From contig CATNEN010000007.1 in assembly GCA_950097015.1 (NCBI GenBank), positions 10,726,001 to 10,790,000 of the forward strand: a stretch of DNA of 64,000 bases. Reading direction: 5' to 3'. Source of the DNA: Macrostomum hystrix (taxonomy: Eukaryota > Animalia > Platyhelminthes). The position numbers and the translations under genes are program-made. This document shows positions 62,800 to 64,000 of the stretch, one piece after another; position 1 is the stretch's first letter; every line of letters starts with the position of its first letter. The notes beneath the pieces are model-generated. The model was not told the DNA's origin. It made no database searches and saw only the letters and a list, made by a program, of their open reading frames with translations.

Positions 62800-63020
62800 G
62801 TAGATCACTGCCACTATAAGAGTAGATCACCTGCCACAATGGGAGTAGATCACCTGTCACTATGGGAGTAGATCACCTGCCACAATGGGAGTAGATCACC
62901 TGCCACAATGGGAGTAGATCACCTGCCACAATGGGAGTAGATCACCTGCCACAATGGGAGTAGATCACCTGCCACAATGGGAGTAGATCACCTACCACAA
63001 TGGGAGTAGATCACCTGCCA
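62800..63020. repeat. 23-bp intronic minisatellite (gggagtagatcacctgccacaat)
   Basis: Visible tandem units. Confidence 0.9.
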
Positions 63021-63486
63021 CTCTTATGCTGCTTGCCTCGCACCCGTCAGACCTCACCTGGCTGCTCATCGCGCTATCGTTAACTGGCAAGATGCTGAAC
63101 TCCACAGCCTTCTCAATCCTGTACATCTGGACCGGGGAGCTGTTCCCCACCAACATGCGCAGCGCCGGCCTAGAGTAGAGAATACTACTGATTCTCTGCT
63201 CAGCTAGGTCAGTAGCACTGGTGGATTTTAGGCAGAAAAATATGAGAAACCAGCACACTCGATGACGCTGAACCCTTGCCTGAAACCATGCAACCCGCTG
63301 AACCGCAGCGCGACTTCGTACCCGGCGGCTTCGGGCCCGTAGTCGCCTACGCTGTCTTCGCCGTCAGCTCCTTTTTGTCGGCCGGGATTTCCTTCGCTGT
63401 GCCGGAAACCAAGGGCGTCACCATTTCGGACACGTTGAGGATCTGGTTAGGAGAAACAGGTGCACCGCTTGTCTAGCCGTCATGTT

Positions 63487-63697
63487 AGACAGTTCTCACA
63501 CCTGACAGTTCTCACACCTGACAGTTCTCACACCTGAAAGTTCTCACACCTGACAGTTCTCACCTGACAGTTCTCACACCTGACAGTTCTCACACCTGAC
63601 AGTTCTCACACCTGACAGTTCTCACACCTGACAGTTCTCACACCTGACAGTTCTCACACCTGACAGTTCTCACACCTGACAGTTCTCACACCTGACA
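63487..63697. repeat. 16-bp intronic minisatellite (gacagttctcacacct)
   Basis: Visible tandem units. Confidence 0.9.
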
Positions 63698-64000
63698 CTT
63701 TAAACCTCCTGCAGGCCGGCAGCAAAGGAGCGGCGGATGCGGCAACGGGCGACCGGAACCTGCTGGCCAAATCCGGACAGGAGGGGCCGACGGAGAACAC
63801 ATTAGCTTGAGCTCGGCATGCTCAACTGGTAGCTCGAAGACTCAACTGAACTCGCGAGCCTCGAAAGTTAACGATTACGTGAATATTTGTACAATTAAGA
63901 CGCTTTGTACTGCTACGGTAGCTGATTGAAACCAAATAAGCAAATAAATTCATGCCGAATTCGAACACCTCTACTGTAAGTAGACGGAAAGTACAAAATA

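Larger units (their letters stand above)
60158..63809 (+). pseudogene. SLC22-family organic cation/anion MFS transporter, apparently disrupted (or mis-assembled)
   Basis: Motifs FGRFQ, GYLADW/LGRR, ELVGP, PKSPRWL, RLGRR, ELFPTNMR, PETKG. Lesions: AT instead of GT donor at ~61105, in-frame TAG with no donor at ~63174, missing loop and TM11 segments, apparent frameshift at ~63436. Confidence 0.6.

Overview
Eukaryotic (metazoan) genomic DNA, not prokaryotic: GC-rich spliced exons with GT-AG introns, many of them filled by minisatellites. This style strongly suggests the flatworm Macrostomum (inference). Reconstructed genes: (1) a claudin/PMP22-family tetraspan with an apparent alternative N-terminal module (+); (2) an unusual RIG-I/MDA5-like DExD/H helicase with six N-terminal U1/matrin (JAZ)-type zinc fingers and no CARD or C-terminal RD domain (-); (3) gamma-tubulin complex component 2 (-); (4) a ~1500-aa multi-C2H2 zinc-finger protein (+); (5) a tight co-oriented run EEPD1-CDK5-TBL3-MED27-SLC22(degenerate) (+). 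This run looks like a trans-spliced operon, and MED27 has no ATG of its own. Other features: a solo LTR inserted in a 40-bp satellite, tRNA/CORE-like SINE copies, a probable P-element-type excision footprint, CpG-depleted AT-rich blocks around putative promoters, and minisatellites built from splice signals or transcription-factor motifs. All exon boundaries were inferred by eye from splice consensus and reading-frame continuity; no database searches were run.
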